From: Octopus sinensis
Lineage: Eukaryota
Length of the DNA stretch: 64,000 nucleotides
Reading direction: 5' to 3'
NCBI RefSeq assembly: GCF_006345805.1
Contig: NC_042999.1
Coordinates: 77,872,001-77,936,000 of the forward strand
Shown here: positions 12,363-24,519 of the stretch, in pieces
How the letters are laid out: each line of letters opens with the position of its first letter
How positions within the stretch are numbered: the first letter of the stretch is position 1
Program-made: the position numbers and the translations under genes
The notes under the pieces: generated by a model
What the model was told of the DNA's origin: nothing
The model's input: only the letters and a program-made list of their open reading frames with translations
Databases searched by the model: none

Positions 12363-15328
12363 GTATATAGAAATCAGTATTTTTTTGCTAAATACTGAGT
12401 CATTACAACCACTATAACTTGGCAAGATAGATAAGTACATTTGTAACTTTCTTTTTTCTGCAGTTTATCATCATTGGTATGTTGGTCAAAATTTCGACCA
12501 TAAAGTTTGCTTGTCATAAACAAAATATTTTTATTTCAAAGTTGTACTTGTTTAGCAAGTGGCATGAATTTTTGTGTTACCATCAAAAGTCACTAAACAG
12601 TACAATTCAAAATATTTGAATGGAGTCATTGGTGAACAGAGTTGCAGATCAGACATTACAACTGTATGTTGAATGAAAAAGCTATACAAATTTCTTTCCT
12701 ATTTTTAATTTGAATAAAGGCAGGACTTTTTTTTTCTTTTGACAATTTCCTTAGAAGTTATTGGTATTATTTTGATTGCTATATTTTTTTTTCTTTTTAG
12801 TCATTATAAATATTAGTCATTTTTGTCTAAGCCACAAAATTATTTTTGGTGAAGTGTGAGAATTTCACTCAAACAAAGCATTACCCAACAAAGTGGGATG
12901 TATGTTGCTGCATGACTTACTAGAAATAGCAGCTGAATCACCTTTATATTCACACTCTACTATCTTCAAAAATAGAAATATAAATCAGATAATTTTTCCT
13001 TCATTTTCAAAGATAATCATGACTCTATCTTTTTAACAATGAGGGCACTTATTAAAGATCTTCAGTAACAATAACTTCATTAATGAGGGCAACTAGAGAA
13101 TCATAGCTGCTCCTGAATATAATACAACTTTTGTGTGTACTTATGAGCAAGGAAACTACAGAAATGGCAGTATTTCATTGATGTAGATGCACATGATGCC
13201 CTGATCACTGCAATGAAGGCCTACCATCTATTTGTAGTTTGAGTCTTGACTTGAGCTGTAATTCAATAATGGTGAGGGAGATGTGTTAGACCAGCATCAC
13301 TGTCATCCCTGACATTCTAAATCAGTGGGAAAATGAGCTGAGACAGGAGGTTTACCAGAGAGACAGTGGAATAACAAGGGTGATCTTTATGCCTCACAGC
13401 AGCATTGTTGGATATTGCCTTTTGAAACTTGTCTTGCACAGTGTTTAATAGAAATCCAAACCTCACTTAAATTGCAAGCCCTTTAAGAATTTCGGAGAAT
13501 TTAAGACTTTATAACCTCTACCTAGTTTTGCTAGCCAGTTGAGTAGAGAATTAGAAGCTATTACACCGTCTTGCTAATTTAGCAGAAATTCCTAGCGAAT
13601 GAAATATTCCTTCCATTCTTCCTGTACATTGGATAATATAGTCCGAGATACACCACACCTCAAGAAAAAGATCTCATCTTACATCCAGTTGATCATGAAC
13701 TTCTTCGAATAGGTCTGACGTCGGTTTATACAAAATTATAATACACATAATACCCACAATCCACAATTAAAAACAATATACTTGATTTGCCTTACTTAAG
13801 CAGGTTCACCACATATTGTAAACGTGTTCACTATACGAAGAGAGACCCTAGAAAAGCAGAAATTGAAAGTTGTGACATTCAGTTTTAAAGTGTTAATCAG
13901 TCTGTCAGCAATCAATAAAATATTAGTACTTTTTTTTATTTCATACATATGTAACTTTCTCACTGAAATTGGCACGACAGTATAATTACTGATCGATTAG
14001 ATTGATCGTGGAAGGATTAAAGATGAAAGCGACCCTAACGGGATTTGAACTCAACGAAAAGAGCTCCGCATCTCCACTGCTACAACGTAATTAGTTTCAC
14101 ATCACGTAGCTAAAAAAAGATAAGCTCCCTAATACCATTGAATGGTTATATTACACTAAACTAACCTACGAGCTGCAGGTTTCATTACAGACCTAACATC
14201 TGCCTTTACACCTTTTTTGGTTTATCTGCGGGTAGTAACCTTCGCTACTTTGCTACCGAATTAAACTGAATAAGGTAATCGTTTCTAAGTTAATTAAAGG
14301 AAGTGACGACATACGTTGGTTAGACAGTTGTCTTGAGTATGACGTCTTTCATGTAAACTTCCGGTTGATTCTAACCGTGTGTCTAGTATATCTTTGTCAT
14401 TTCATGTAGTTTATAAATTTTTTAATACTTTATGAATTTCACATTCATGGATATAACTGTGCTTGGCCATAAATACAGTTGCATTCAGGAAAAACAAGCT
14501 TTCAATGCACATGTAATTAATTGAACTGCGAAGTTTGTTAGTCAGTCCATAGGAAGAGTTTTCATTATCGGTTAAAGAACACAGACCTATGATCCCAAAT
14601 TATTAGATAAGAATTGATTTTAAAATTCCCACAAATTTATCAAATCATGTGGGATTTAAAAAGTGGTGGCCATACTGGAATGTCTACTTTCTTTTTTAAA
14701 AAAATAATGGGAAAATTCAATAAAAAAAGATAGGGCGTAGTTTTCCATCACAATAACCACAACAGTTAATATGGATTTCCACAGAGTGGTCATAAGAGTA
14801 AGTGTAGAGAGCAGACAATCTCTTTCTGCTGTTAACATTAATTTCCGTCCTAGACGTGGAAAGAAAACATTACGTAGTCATACGAAAATAAAACAACGAA
14901 ATATATTGCCATTTTTAATATGATTATAGTTAGAAAATGTGATTATTAAAGTTTGTAGCATAAATTATGTGGAGAAATGAAAATTACTTTTGTAGATGAA
15001 ACACTATCCAATAGCTATTTTCAAGCCGAGTAGGCATTCTGAGAATGAGGTACGTCTTGTAATATTTGCTGAATATAAAAAAAAATTGTACTCGGAAATA
15101 CTTCGAAAAGTACGTTTTATGTTCAATAAATGATATGAAGAATGCAATCTTAGTAATATGTTCAACTGTTGGCAATTTTCATTATCTTGAATTAAAATTC
15201 AAGAACACGAAAGCTAATTATGAAGAAAAGAAACTAATTTAATTTGATGCTAATGCTTATTTTATACCTACGATATATTTAAATAGATTTTCAATGGAAT
15301 AGTTTTTGTGTCATTACTTTCTTTTCAG

Positions 15329-15452
15329 TTCTGAAGTAGAAACATTTTTCAACTGCTTCTAAATGGAAATTGTTTTGAACATAAAATGAATAACACTTTT
15401 TCTGAGAGTATTTTCTGCACTCAGGATTAGCTTTGAAAGGGAGATAAGTCTG
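15329..15452 (+). ncRNA. Candidate non-coding (5'UTR or lncRNA) exon
   Basis: Strong acceptor ttactttcttttcag| and donor CTG|GTGAGT; stops in all three frames. Confidence 0.35.
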
Positions 15453-15826
15453 GTGAGTGTTCTCGTTTTCCACTTACCTCCCTTGCAAGTAACCTATAGG
15501 AATGAAATCGATTAATTAGTTAAAGCATTGATTTCTTTCAAACAAATAATCCTATATTTTTATACAAGAGGAGAATTAGAATATTGTTTCCAAACAGTAG
15601 CACCATAAGTGGACCGAAATAGTATCAACTGGGTTACGCAGTCAACTTCGGGCTTTAACCTTTAAATTCAGTATCTACTATCCGTAAATTGTTCCTGGAT
15701 GATGTGTGATTCTTGTATGTTCTTGTGAGCAACGTAAGGTGGTCCAGTTTGAGTTTTCATATTTTGACTCTAATCACTTTGCATATGTCATTTCATGTTA
15801 CTTGACTCTTTAAAAAATTCAGTTCA

Positions 15827-15937
15827 GTTCCTGAAACTTTTGCTACTCATAACTACAGATGATATACCGATTATGTGCATGACATGACTTGTAAAATCCT
15901 GCTGGTGAAAAATACTGGCTATTCCCAACAGAACATC
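15827..15937. repeat. Dispersed ~110-bp repeat, copy 1 (possible RLE-LINE 3' end on -)
   Basis: Aligns by eye with 24284-24391; minus strand reads QKDVLLGIASIFHQQDF. Confidence 0.6.
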
Positions 15938-16598
15938 TTTCTGGAATTCCTTTCTCGTCAATCTTGTTGAGCAGATCTGTTATGAAAAGCCTTCCAGCCG
16001 TGATCATTCCATCTTTTTGTATATTAAGGATGACGAGCGCATTTGGCTGATTTAGCAAGCGAACTGAGCGACGACGTAGACGCTCCCTTCCACCGTGACC
16101 TTTTTTCATGTAAACGTTAATTTACAGATGCTTAAGCTGAACTGAACATCATGCTGCAGTTAAACCCAAACAGAAATGACTAAGGCTATCGAAAATCAAG
16201 TCCAAACGATAAAACATTCGAGTCTAACTCTGTATTCTATGCTTAACTGCAAAATCCAAATTAGTTGGTGTCATGTGTCTGCAAATCAGATGGGACTCTT
16301 GCTGTCAAGGGATCTCTTAAACTCTGTTAATACCTCCATCTGTATTAGAAAACAAGGTCACTAGTCAATAATGTGTCCCTAATATGGAACCAAAACTGAC
16401 TGCAACACAATTATCAAAGTATCCAGAACAATTTAAGACGAAGGCTGACAACTTCATATTTTCCATAAATTGGAAAAGTTCTGTGTTTGAATCCCTGCAA
16501 AACTAGTCTTTGAGCCAATAAACAAGCTCATACATCAAAAATTGTTACAGAAATATTCTCAGTGAAGAACATAATTTCCTGTTATTACTTAAAGCACT

Positions 16599-16813
16599 AA
16601 GGCAGTGAGCTGGCAGAATCATTAACATGCTGGGCTAGATGCTTAGTAATATTTCATTTGTTTTTGCATTTTGAGTTCAAATTCTGTCAAGGTTGACTTT
16701 GCCTTTCATCTTTCCAAGGCTGATAAAATATGTACCAGTTGAGCACTGGAGTCAATGTAATCAATTTAACCCCCTACCCCAAAATTGCTAACCTTGTGCC
16801 AAAGTTTTAAACC
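16599..16813 (+). mobile_element. SINE family B
   Basis: aaggcagtgagctggcagaatc...gagttcaaattc...ctttgcctttcatc...ccttgtgccaaa; recurs at 19.6, 22.7, 43.3 and 43.4 kb. Confidence 0.85.
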
Positions 16814-17116
16814 ATTATTACTAAAAGATCAAGACTAAATTTGCAGTGTATTTAAACTCTCACATACATGACATAGGTCTTCGTTCTTCCCTAACTTTAT
16901 CTAATTCTACCATCATCCATACTCAGCCTAGACATCACTTTTTGTGAGTCAGTTCACTAAGTTGTAAGGAGTATATACTAGATAGCACAGCATATGTAAA
17001 TGTTACCAAAGATAGATTGGTTTTCTATTCAGATGAAGATTTGACTTTTATGTCCTTAATGCCATGAAATTAAAACTAAGCATCTGTCTTTAAAATCACC
17101 AGCGCTTAGGAAATAC

Positions 17117-18645
17117 CATCATCATCGTTTAACGTCCACTTTCCATGCTGTCATGGGTTGGACGATTTGACTGAGGACTGGCAAGCTAGAAGGCTGCACC
17201 AGGCTCCAATCTGATCTGGCAAAGTTTCTACAGCTGGATGCCCTTCCTAATGCCAACCACTCCAAAAGTGTAGAGGGTGCTTTTACATGCCACCAGCATG
17301 AGGGCCAGTCAGGCGGTACTGGGAACGACCACACTCAAAAGGTGTTTTTTATGTGCCCAGTGGCACTGGCAATGACCACGCTCGAATGATGATTTTTGCT
17401 TGTCACCAGCATGCCCTGGCAATGATCATGCTCGGATGGAGCTTTTAACGTTCCACTGGCACGAGTGCAAATCAGGTGGTACTGTCATCGGCCACGTCAG
17501 CAATTTTGATTTCACTTGCCTCAACAGGTCTTTGCAAGCAAAGTTTATTGTCCAATGAATGAAGGGTACTCATGAGTGGGCTAGTTAAACACCATTGGCA
17601 TAGGCCACGGGTTATGGTCTCATTTGGCTTGTCGGGTCTCCTCAAGCACAGCATATCTCCAAAGGTCTTGGTCACTAGTCATTGCCTCAGTGAGGCCCAA
17701 TGTTCGAAGGTCATGCTTCACCACCTCATCCCAGATCTTCCTGGGTCTACCTCTTCCACAGGTTGCCTCAACTGCTAGGGTGTGACACTTTTTTACACAA
17801 CTGTCCTCATCCATTCGCAACACATGACCATACCAGCGCAGTTGTCTCTCTTGCACACCACATCTGATGCTTCTTAGGTCCAACTTTTCTTTCAAGGCGC
17901 TTATACTCTGTCATGTATGCACACTGACATTACACATCCAGCGGAGCATACTGGCTTCATTCCTTGCAAATTACACATGTCCTCAACCGTCACAGCCCAT
18001 GTTTCACTACCATGTAGCATGGTTGTTCGTACACATGCATCATACAGTCTACCTTTTACTCTGAGTGAGAGGCCCTTTGTCACCAGCAGAGGTAGGAGCT
18101 CTGTGAACTTTTCCCAGGCTATTCTTATTCCAGCAGCTACACTTTCAGAGCATCCACCCCTGCTACTGACTTGGTTACCTAGGTAACAGAAGCTATCACC
18201 TAGTAGTTTTTCTCCCTGGAATGTGACAAGCTGTTCTCTGAACATTTTTAGTGTTTATTGCTCCTGAGCATTTGCCACATACAAAAACTATCTTCCCAGT
18301 TAGCCTTCCTTTGTTATTGCTGCATTTCTTATGTGTCCATAGCTTACACTGAGTACATCTTATGGAGTTTCTACCTACGCCTTTTCCAGATATCGAGCAG
18401 GGCCATCTACCTGAAGGGATTTGTGGTTTGTCTACCTTCCTACTTATTAAGACTTTGATTTTAGCTAGGTTGATTCTAAGGCCCTTTGATTCTAATCTTT
18501 GCTTCCACACCTGAAACTTTTCCTCTAGTTCTGATAGTGATTCAGTTATTAGAGCAAGGTCATCAGCATAGAGAAGCTCCCAGGGGCATCCTGTTTTGAA
18601 TTCCTCTGTTATTGCCTGGAGAACTATGATGAATAAGAGGAGGCT
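17117..18645 (-). mobile_element. RTE-clade LINE, 5'-truncated, frameshifted ORF2 with 3'UTR and (GAT)n tail
   Basis: CPWELLYADDL RT motif, Cys-rich insert, MLHGSETWA, LRWYGHVLRM, GRGRPRKIW. Confidence 0.93.
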
Positions 18646-18976
18646 GAGGACTGATAATTAATTCATTTAGACTGCTAATGCAATTTATTAAAGTGAAATG
18701 AAAATTAAATATGTTACTGACATCCCATTCCAGCAGGAAATATATCCAGTCTTCTTCTTTAAGAGGAATAACCAAAGTTTCCATGAAATAAGTACTATGC
18801 ATTGTACTCAATCAATTCAGTTGACCATTCCTCTCCCCCTACAAATTGGTAGCATTGTACCAATGTGAGAAATCCTTATCACTGTTCACCACTACCATCA
18901 TCTCCATTTCTATCCAACTTGTCTGAATGTTTATTAGACTAAGAAGCACAAGTTATCAAATACTACAAAAGAAAAT

Positions 18977-19283
18977 CATCATCATCATTTAATGTCTGCT
19001 TTCCATGCGAGCATGGGTTGGACGATTTGACTGAGGTCTGGTGAACCAGATAGCTGCACCAGGCTCCAATCTGGTCTGGCAGAGTTTCTACAGCTGGATG
19101 CCCTTCCTAACGCCGACCACTCCGAGAGTGTAGTGGGTGCTTTCACATCCCACCGGCACGAGGGTCAGTCAGGCAGTACTGGCAAAGGCCACGCTCAAAT
19201 GGTACTTTTTATGTGCCACCTGCACTGCAGCCATTCCAGCGGCACTGGCAACGACTCGCTCGAATGTTTTTCACGTGCCAGTA
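18977..19283 (-). mobile_element. RTE 3'UTR/tail fragment
   Basis: Same tail as the 17117 copy (catcatcat...ccatgcgagcatgggttggacgatttgactgagg). Confidence 0.8.
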
Positions 19284-19563
19284 AAGTGATGAAATTAATT
19301 TTAAAATTTTGCATTGTTAGCCAGTTAGTTGGATAAATGCTATGTAAAATGAAACCGATTAAATGAAAAATGAGATGCTACAGATATGAAAAATAAATAA
19401 TAAATTGCTATAGAAATATTCCCACTCACAGTTATCTAGTGGCAATTTGATATCTGTTATAATGATAAGTAACCTAAAATGCATTCATAGACTGGAGACA
19501 CATGGAGAAAGATTTGTTTTCATTCCTTTACCAATGTTTTGTATAATATTGACTTCTAAACTT

Positions 19564-19765
19564 AAGGCAATGAGCTGGCAGAATCTAATGATCCCACTGG
19601 GTAAAATGCTTACCAGCATTTCATTCATCTTCATGTTTTGAGTTCAAATTCTGCCAAGGTTGAGTTTGCCTTTCATTTTCTCAGGGTTGATAAAATACCA
19701 CTTGAGTATTGGAGTCAATGTAATCAACTTACCTCTTCCCCTGAAACTGCTGGCCTTGTAAAACC
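19564..19765 (+). mobile_element. SINE family B
   Basis: Family B sequence flanked by a TSD-like tattga(c/t)ttctaaactta. Confidence 0.85.
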
Positions 19766-20321
19766 ATTATTGATTTCTAAACTTAGGCACATGCCCCCAA
19801 ACTTGAGTAAGCAGACAATTAATTAAATAACACTAGTACTGGAACTAATCAATTCCAGGTGGATGAAAAGCAAAGCTGATCATGATATAGTTTTTTGAAC
19901 TCAGGACATAAAGACACTTTACCAAATACCACAAGGCATTTAGCAAACTAATCTACTGATTCTTTCATTCCACTTGATATGTCACCAGAGGGAGAGCAAC
20001 AGATGGCAGAATTTTGTAGTAACATCCTCCCACCAGTCATAAGTCCCTGCAAAGGTAATGGACACTGCTTTTCATATTCCGAGTCGGTCAATAATGACAC
20101 AAACTTTGTGATTTAGCTTCAAGTCTTATTTAAAGTCATTTTACTCCACTTTCACAACTAAAATCCTAAAGAATGGTATGAATTTCATGCTTTTCAATTA
20201 AACTATCTCTATAAAAGATATTACACTTTATTCATGTTAGTAAGGAACCAATATCTTCATTTGAGTGAACAAACTCGAAAGAACAACAAACTGTGTTGTT
20301 TCTTGTATTTTCTTCAAACTG

Positions 20322-20332
20322 TAGTAGTAGTG

Positions 20333-20375
<43 letters not shown>
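20322..20375. repeat. (TAG)n microsatellite
   Basis: Direct inspection; a degenerate GGT/AGT-rich tract follows at 20640-20870. Confidence 0.95.
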
Positions 20376-20377
<2 letters not shown>

Positions 20378-21015
20378 ATTATTATTGTTTAGCTCCATGT
20401 CAACCCTGACCAAGTAGACTTATGATCAGTGACACTCCAACTATGACCAAACTGTGTAAGTCCACATTATTTAGTATGTCCTTCCTATTTAAAGACAGCT
20501 AGAGAGATTTGGCTTCTATTTATAGCAGGTCAAGCAATGTCACAGAAGCTCCCCTTGTTGGTTTCTCTAGTAATGGTTACAGTAATAGATGTTGGGGTGG
20601 TCACAGCAATAAATTTATTGATGGCAATATTGTTAAAGTTAAGGTGGTGATAGTGGCAGTGGCGGCAGTAGTGGTGGTGGTGGTGGTGGTAGTGGTAGTA
20701 TTAGTAGTAGTAGTAGTAGTAGCTGGTTATGGTAATGGTTACCATGAAAGATGTATTGGTGAGAGATGGTGGTAGCAGCAATGTTATTTGAAGTATTTGT
20801 AATACTTGTTGTAGTATGGGTGATACTATTAGTAATATTGTTGGTGTTTGCGATAGTAGTAGTAGTACTACCACTCTTAATATACACCACCACTGCCTCT
20901 GCTAGGGATACTACTCTTCCTTTGCTTTTTGCCTTTTACTTTCACCTTCTACTGGTGGTATTTTCCACGTATTGAGATAGTTTGTACCAAAAAATGACAA
21001 ATGGATGGATTGATA

Positions 21016-21152
21016 CATTATTTACGGATATTTGTCCTCATCATGTTTGTTGTTAACACGTTTCGGCTGATATACCCTCCAGCCTTCATCAGGTGTCTTG
21101 GGGAAATTTCAAACCTGGGTTCTCATTCCTAAGGTATTTTTCAATGTTGTTG

Positions 21153-21187
<35 letters not shown>

Positions 21188-21397
21188 TTCACTGCCTGGA
21201 ATTGCACTCGGAATCTTGGGGTTAGTAATAATAATAATAATAATAACATCGAAAAATACCTTAGGAAATTTCCCCAAGACACCTGATGAAGGCTGGAGTG
21301 TATATCAGCCAAAATGTTGTATTAATAACAAACAAGATCAGGACAAATAGCCATCAAATGTAAATAATGTACGTAATTCCTCATCTCTTAAATATAA
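21016..21397. mobile_element. Palindromic non-autonomous Penelope-like element with two hammerhead-ribozyme relics
   Basis: Long inverted arms; 12-bp TSD GATGGATTGATA (21004-21015, 21398-21409); CTGATGA-a-GGCTG...CAGCC-(G/A)AAA in each arm. Confidence 0.75.
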
Positions 21398-21882
21398 GAT
21401 GGATTGATAGTTCAAAGATCCTGTAGTGGTGGTGATGGTGATAGCGATGATGATAGTACTATTTTTGGTGAGGATGGTGTTGGTGATGTATTGATTTTGT
21501 CTTGTATTGATAAACAAGCAGCCGATTCATGGCAACGCTGACTTGAGAGATCCAATCACATCATTGGTGTGGGAACATAGCAGCAGACTGATAGAATAAA
21601 ATTTGAAATAATTAGAAATACATTCTAACAAAATACTTTTTCACGAATTTAATTATCTTCTCCCTCCTCTATTTACCAGTTCTAATATTTTGTTCTTCAT
21701 TTTCTTTTTCCTTTTTTCATGATTTTTCTAATATTTCTATTGTTTTAATACCACATTTCCCACCATTGCTGCCATTTTCACTTTTTTTTTTTTGATTTAA
21801 TGTCATTGAGTTTTAAAACGTTTACTATAATTGTTATCCTTGCTGACTATGATGGGCGTCTCTGACTCTCTCTCTCTGTGTA

Positions 21883-21923
<41 letters not shown>

Positions 21924-22691
21924 CTCTATCTCTTTTTCTCTCCCCCTCCGTCTTTCTTTCAAAATCAGTCTATCTGAGAAATGTGACACAGTACAGCAAG
22001 GAAACTTGGGTAGTAAATTCATAGAATTTATAACAGCTGGAGTGAAGGAATAGATTTGAGTCTATGCTACATTGATATAAAAGAAGAACCATACACGAGT
22101 TGGTAAATGGGTTGAACATTGCTTACAGTCGAAAGAATGGCTATAAATTCACCAACACTTTGGAGTTATAATTCTGAAGAGGGTAGCACCATAAACCACT
22201 GCTTGAATTTGATATGTGAATGGTACCTTTGTTCTTATGGCACTACCTGGAGGATATTCATTATGACCCACTAGATTATATGAACTCTACTTAAATCTCA
22301 TTTCTTCCTATTATGTGAAAAGAAACAAGTTATCAGATGCCCACAATATCAGTATGACTGAAGTGGCTTACAGAACAAGGCCTTACCAAGGATTGAACAG
22401 TTTGCATCCTAACATCAATATTTTATATATTTCTGACCAAGATACGTAAGATTCAACAGCTGACTTCATCAAGTTATTTAGCCCAGGCTGGTCATAACTG
22501 AGACCAAAGTCATTCCAATAATGACCATCTCATCCTCTCAAACATTATATACCTCAGACTACATTTTCTAATGTGTTCTGCCTTTTCAAGATGGTAGGAA
22601 ATTTGACTATTATTTCTAGCAGGCTCGACCAAGCTTTAAGTAATCATATGAGGTTTGATTCATTACTTTGAGTTGTAATAATCATGTAAAA

Positions 22692-22903
22692 GGTGGCGAG
22701 CTGGCAGAATTGTTAGTGTACCAGCCAAAATACTTAGTGGCATTTGGTTCATCTTTATGTTCTAAGTTCAAATTCCACCAAGGTCAACTTTTCCTTTCAT
22801 CCTTTTGGGGTCAATAAAATAAGTACCACTTGAGCACTGGGGTTGATGTAATCAACTTAACCCTTCTCATGAAATTGCTGGCCTTGTGCCAAAATTTGAA
22901 GCC
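22692..22903 (+). mobile_element. SINE family B with 15-bp TSD
   Basis: TSD AATAATCATGTAAAA at 22677-22691 and 22904-22918. Confidence 0.9.
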
Positions 22904-24283
22904 AATAATCATGTAAAATTCAATTTCTCTAATAAGAAAAGCTGCCTTTTCCAAGGGGGAAATATATTTTTCTTTCATTTAATTTTGTAAAAACTGGATG
23001 GGGAAAAGAGCTAGCACTATAGATTCTTGTGGATAACTATAAGAGTTAAACAAACTACATTATAACATTACACACTTTTTTAAAATAATTGATAAAGGAA
23101 AAAGAGATACATTGCTGATGGTCAAAACAAAAGTTTCTCAAAGTAGCTGCATCTGATCAGACAAGAAACAACTTGGTGAAGAATTGCAAAACATGTATGA
23201 TGTGAAAATGGCCATCACATAACCACATACCAGTATAGAATGAAGTGTGTATAACAGCAAAAAAGAAAAAAAACAATTAAGGAAAATCAAAGAAGTGGTG
23301 TATATAATTGTAAAAAAAAATCACTATCTAAAGCCAGAGCAGATATTACAGATATTCATTATAACTAATGAATTTGCTACAGAATTTTATAGTTTACATT
23401 AATATGTTTTGTTGTTATTTTTTCAGAAAAATAACAAGCATTTGTATTTTTTCTTAATCTCATAAAATTTCTTATTCTTATGTACCTTCAGTTCTTTATT
23501 TATTGAAACCAATTGGTCAAACAATTTATGACATGCCTAGTGCACTGCACTCTCTCTTATATTTGATATGCATAGCCATGATAATTTCAACAGTTGCTAT
23601 GCAAAACATCCCGTAGGTTAATATTGATCAGAGAATACAATGCAGAAGTCTGTTAATGGTATAAAAATGTTGCTGTGGAATTGCTCTGGTTGATTTTTTT
23701 TTTAATCATTTTCATATTTACCAACATTTATACGGAATATATTATACTCAAAGAGCAAATACAATGACACAGCAGTCTCCTCACAAAACACTGGAATGGC
23801 CTTTCTGCAGATCATCTGTTGTTTACCTTGATTGACATATTCAGCCATCAAGTAAACAGTAGTTGTGCTGTCAGTGATTTCCTTTGATTCACAGTCAATC
23901 ATATCTCTAATTGTCTTCACACTGTCCAGCTATTCTAAGCTTAAACAGTCTTTAAGCCCTATAAATGATTTTATTTATGTAGAATTATACAGTGTTTCTT
24001 TCTCCATGAGAGAGTGACAGTATACAGCATATGAAAGAAGATAGGCTACATGATAATGGCATATGAAATATAGAGAACCTGTAGAGAGAGATGAGAAATA
24101 AAGTATGATTGAGAGGATTACAATATTGTGATAAGAGGTAGCATGCAAGTGAGGTGAGGGCGGTATCATTATGTATGCAGAAGGGGATAAGTACATTTGT
24201 GAAGGGTTGGGGAGTTCTAGGTGTAAAAGTGACACTGACAGAAGTATACCCACCACAGGGAAGATGATGGTTTATTGTCTTAT

Positions 24284-24391
24284 GTTTCTGGAACATATGC
24301 TCATAATTACAGATGATATACGGATTATGTGATAGATATGACATGTAAAATCCTACTGGTGAAAGGTATTAGCTGTTTCCAAAAGAACATC
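24284..24391. repeat. Dispersed ~110-bp repeat, copy 2
   Basis: Aligns with 15827-15937. Confidence 0.6.
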
Positions 24392-24519
24392 ATATTTCAG
24401 AATGTTGGATATTACAGATGAAATAACAAATGATCATAAGTGGCAACATCCTCTTCCCTAGATTCATCCAACATATGGAAACATGCAAAAGTAGACATTG
24501 AAATTATCAGGATTATATC

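Larger units (their letters stand above)
13700..16200. promoter_or_regulatory. CpG-retaining promoter-like island
   Basis: CpGs are visibly more frequent than in the depleted flanks. ETS-type ACTTCCGG (~14357) and GGAAGTGACG (~14299), CRE-like TGACGTC (~13717 and ~14340); few recent SINEs. Confidence 0.55.

Noticed and set aside
16029-16067. ATGACGA...CTGA...CTGA as a C/D snoRNA
   Set aside because: Too short, and part of a dispersed repeat also seen near 20.5, 22.6 and 36.7 kb.
15843-16109. 88-aa minus ORF in the CpG island
   Set aside because: Built from two repeat fragments; differences from the 24.3 kb copy are non-synonymous in this frame.
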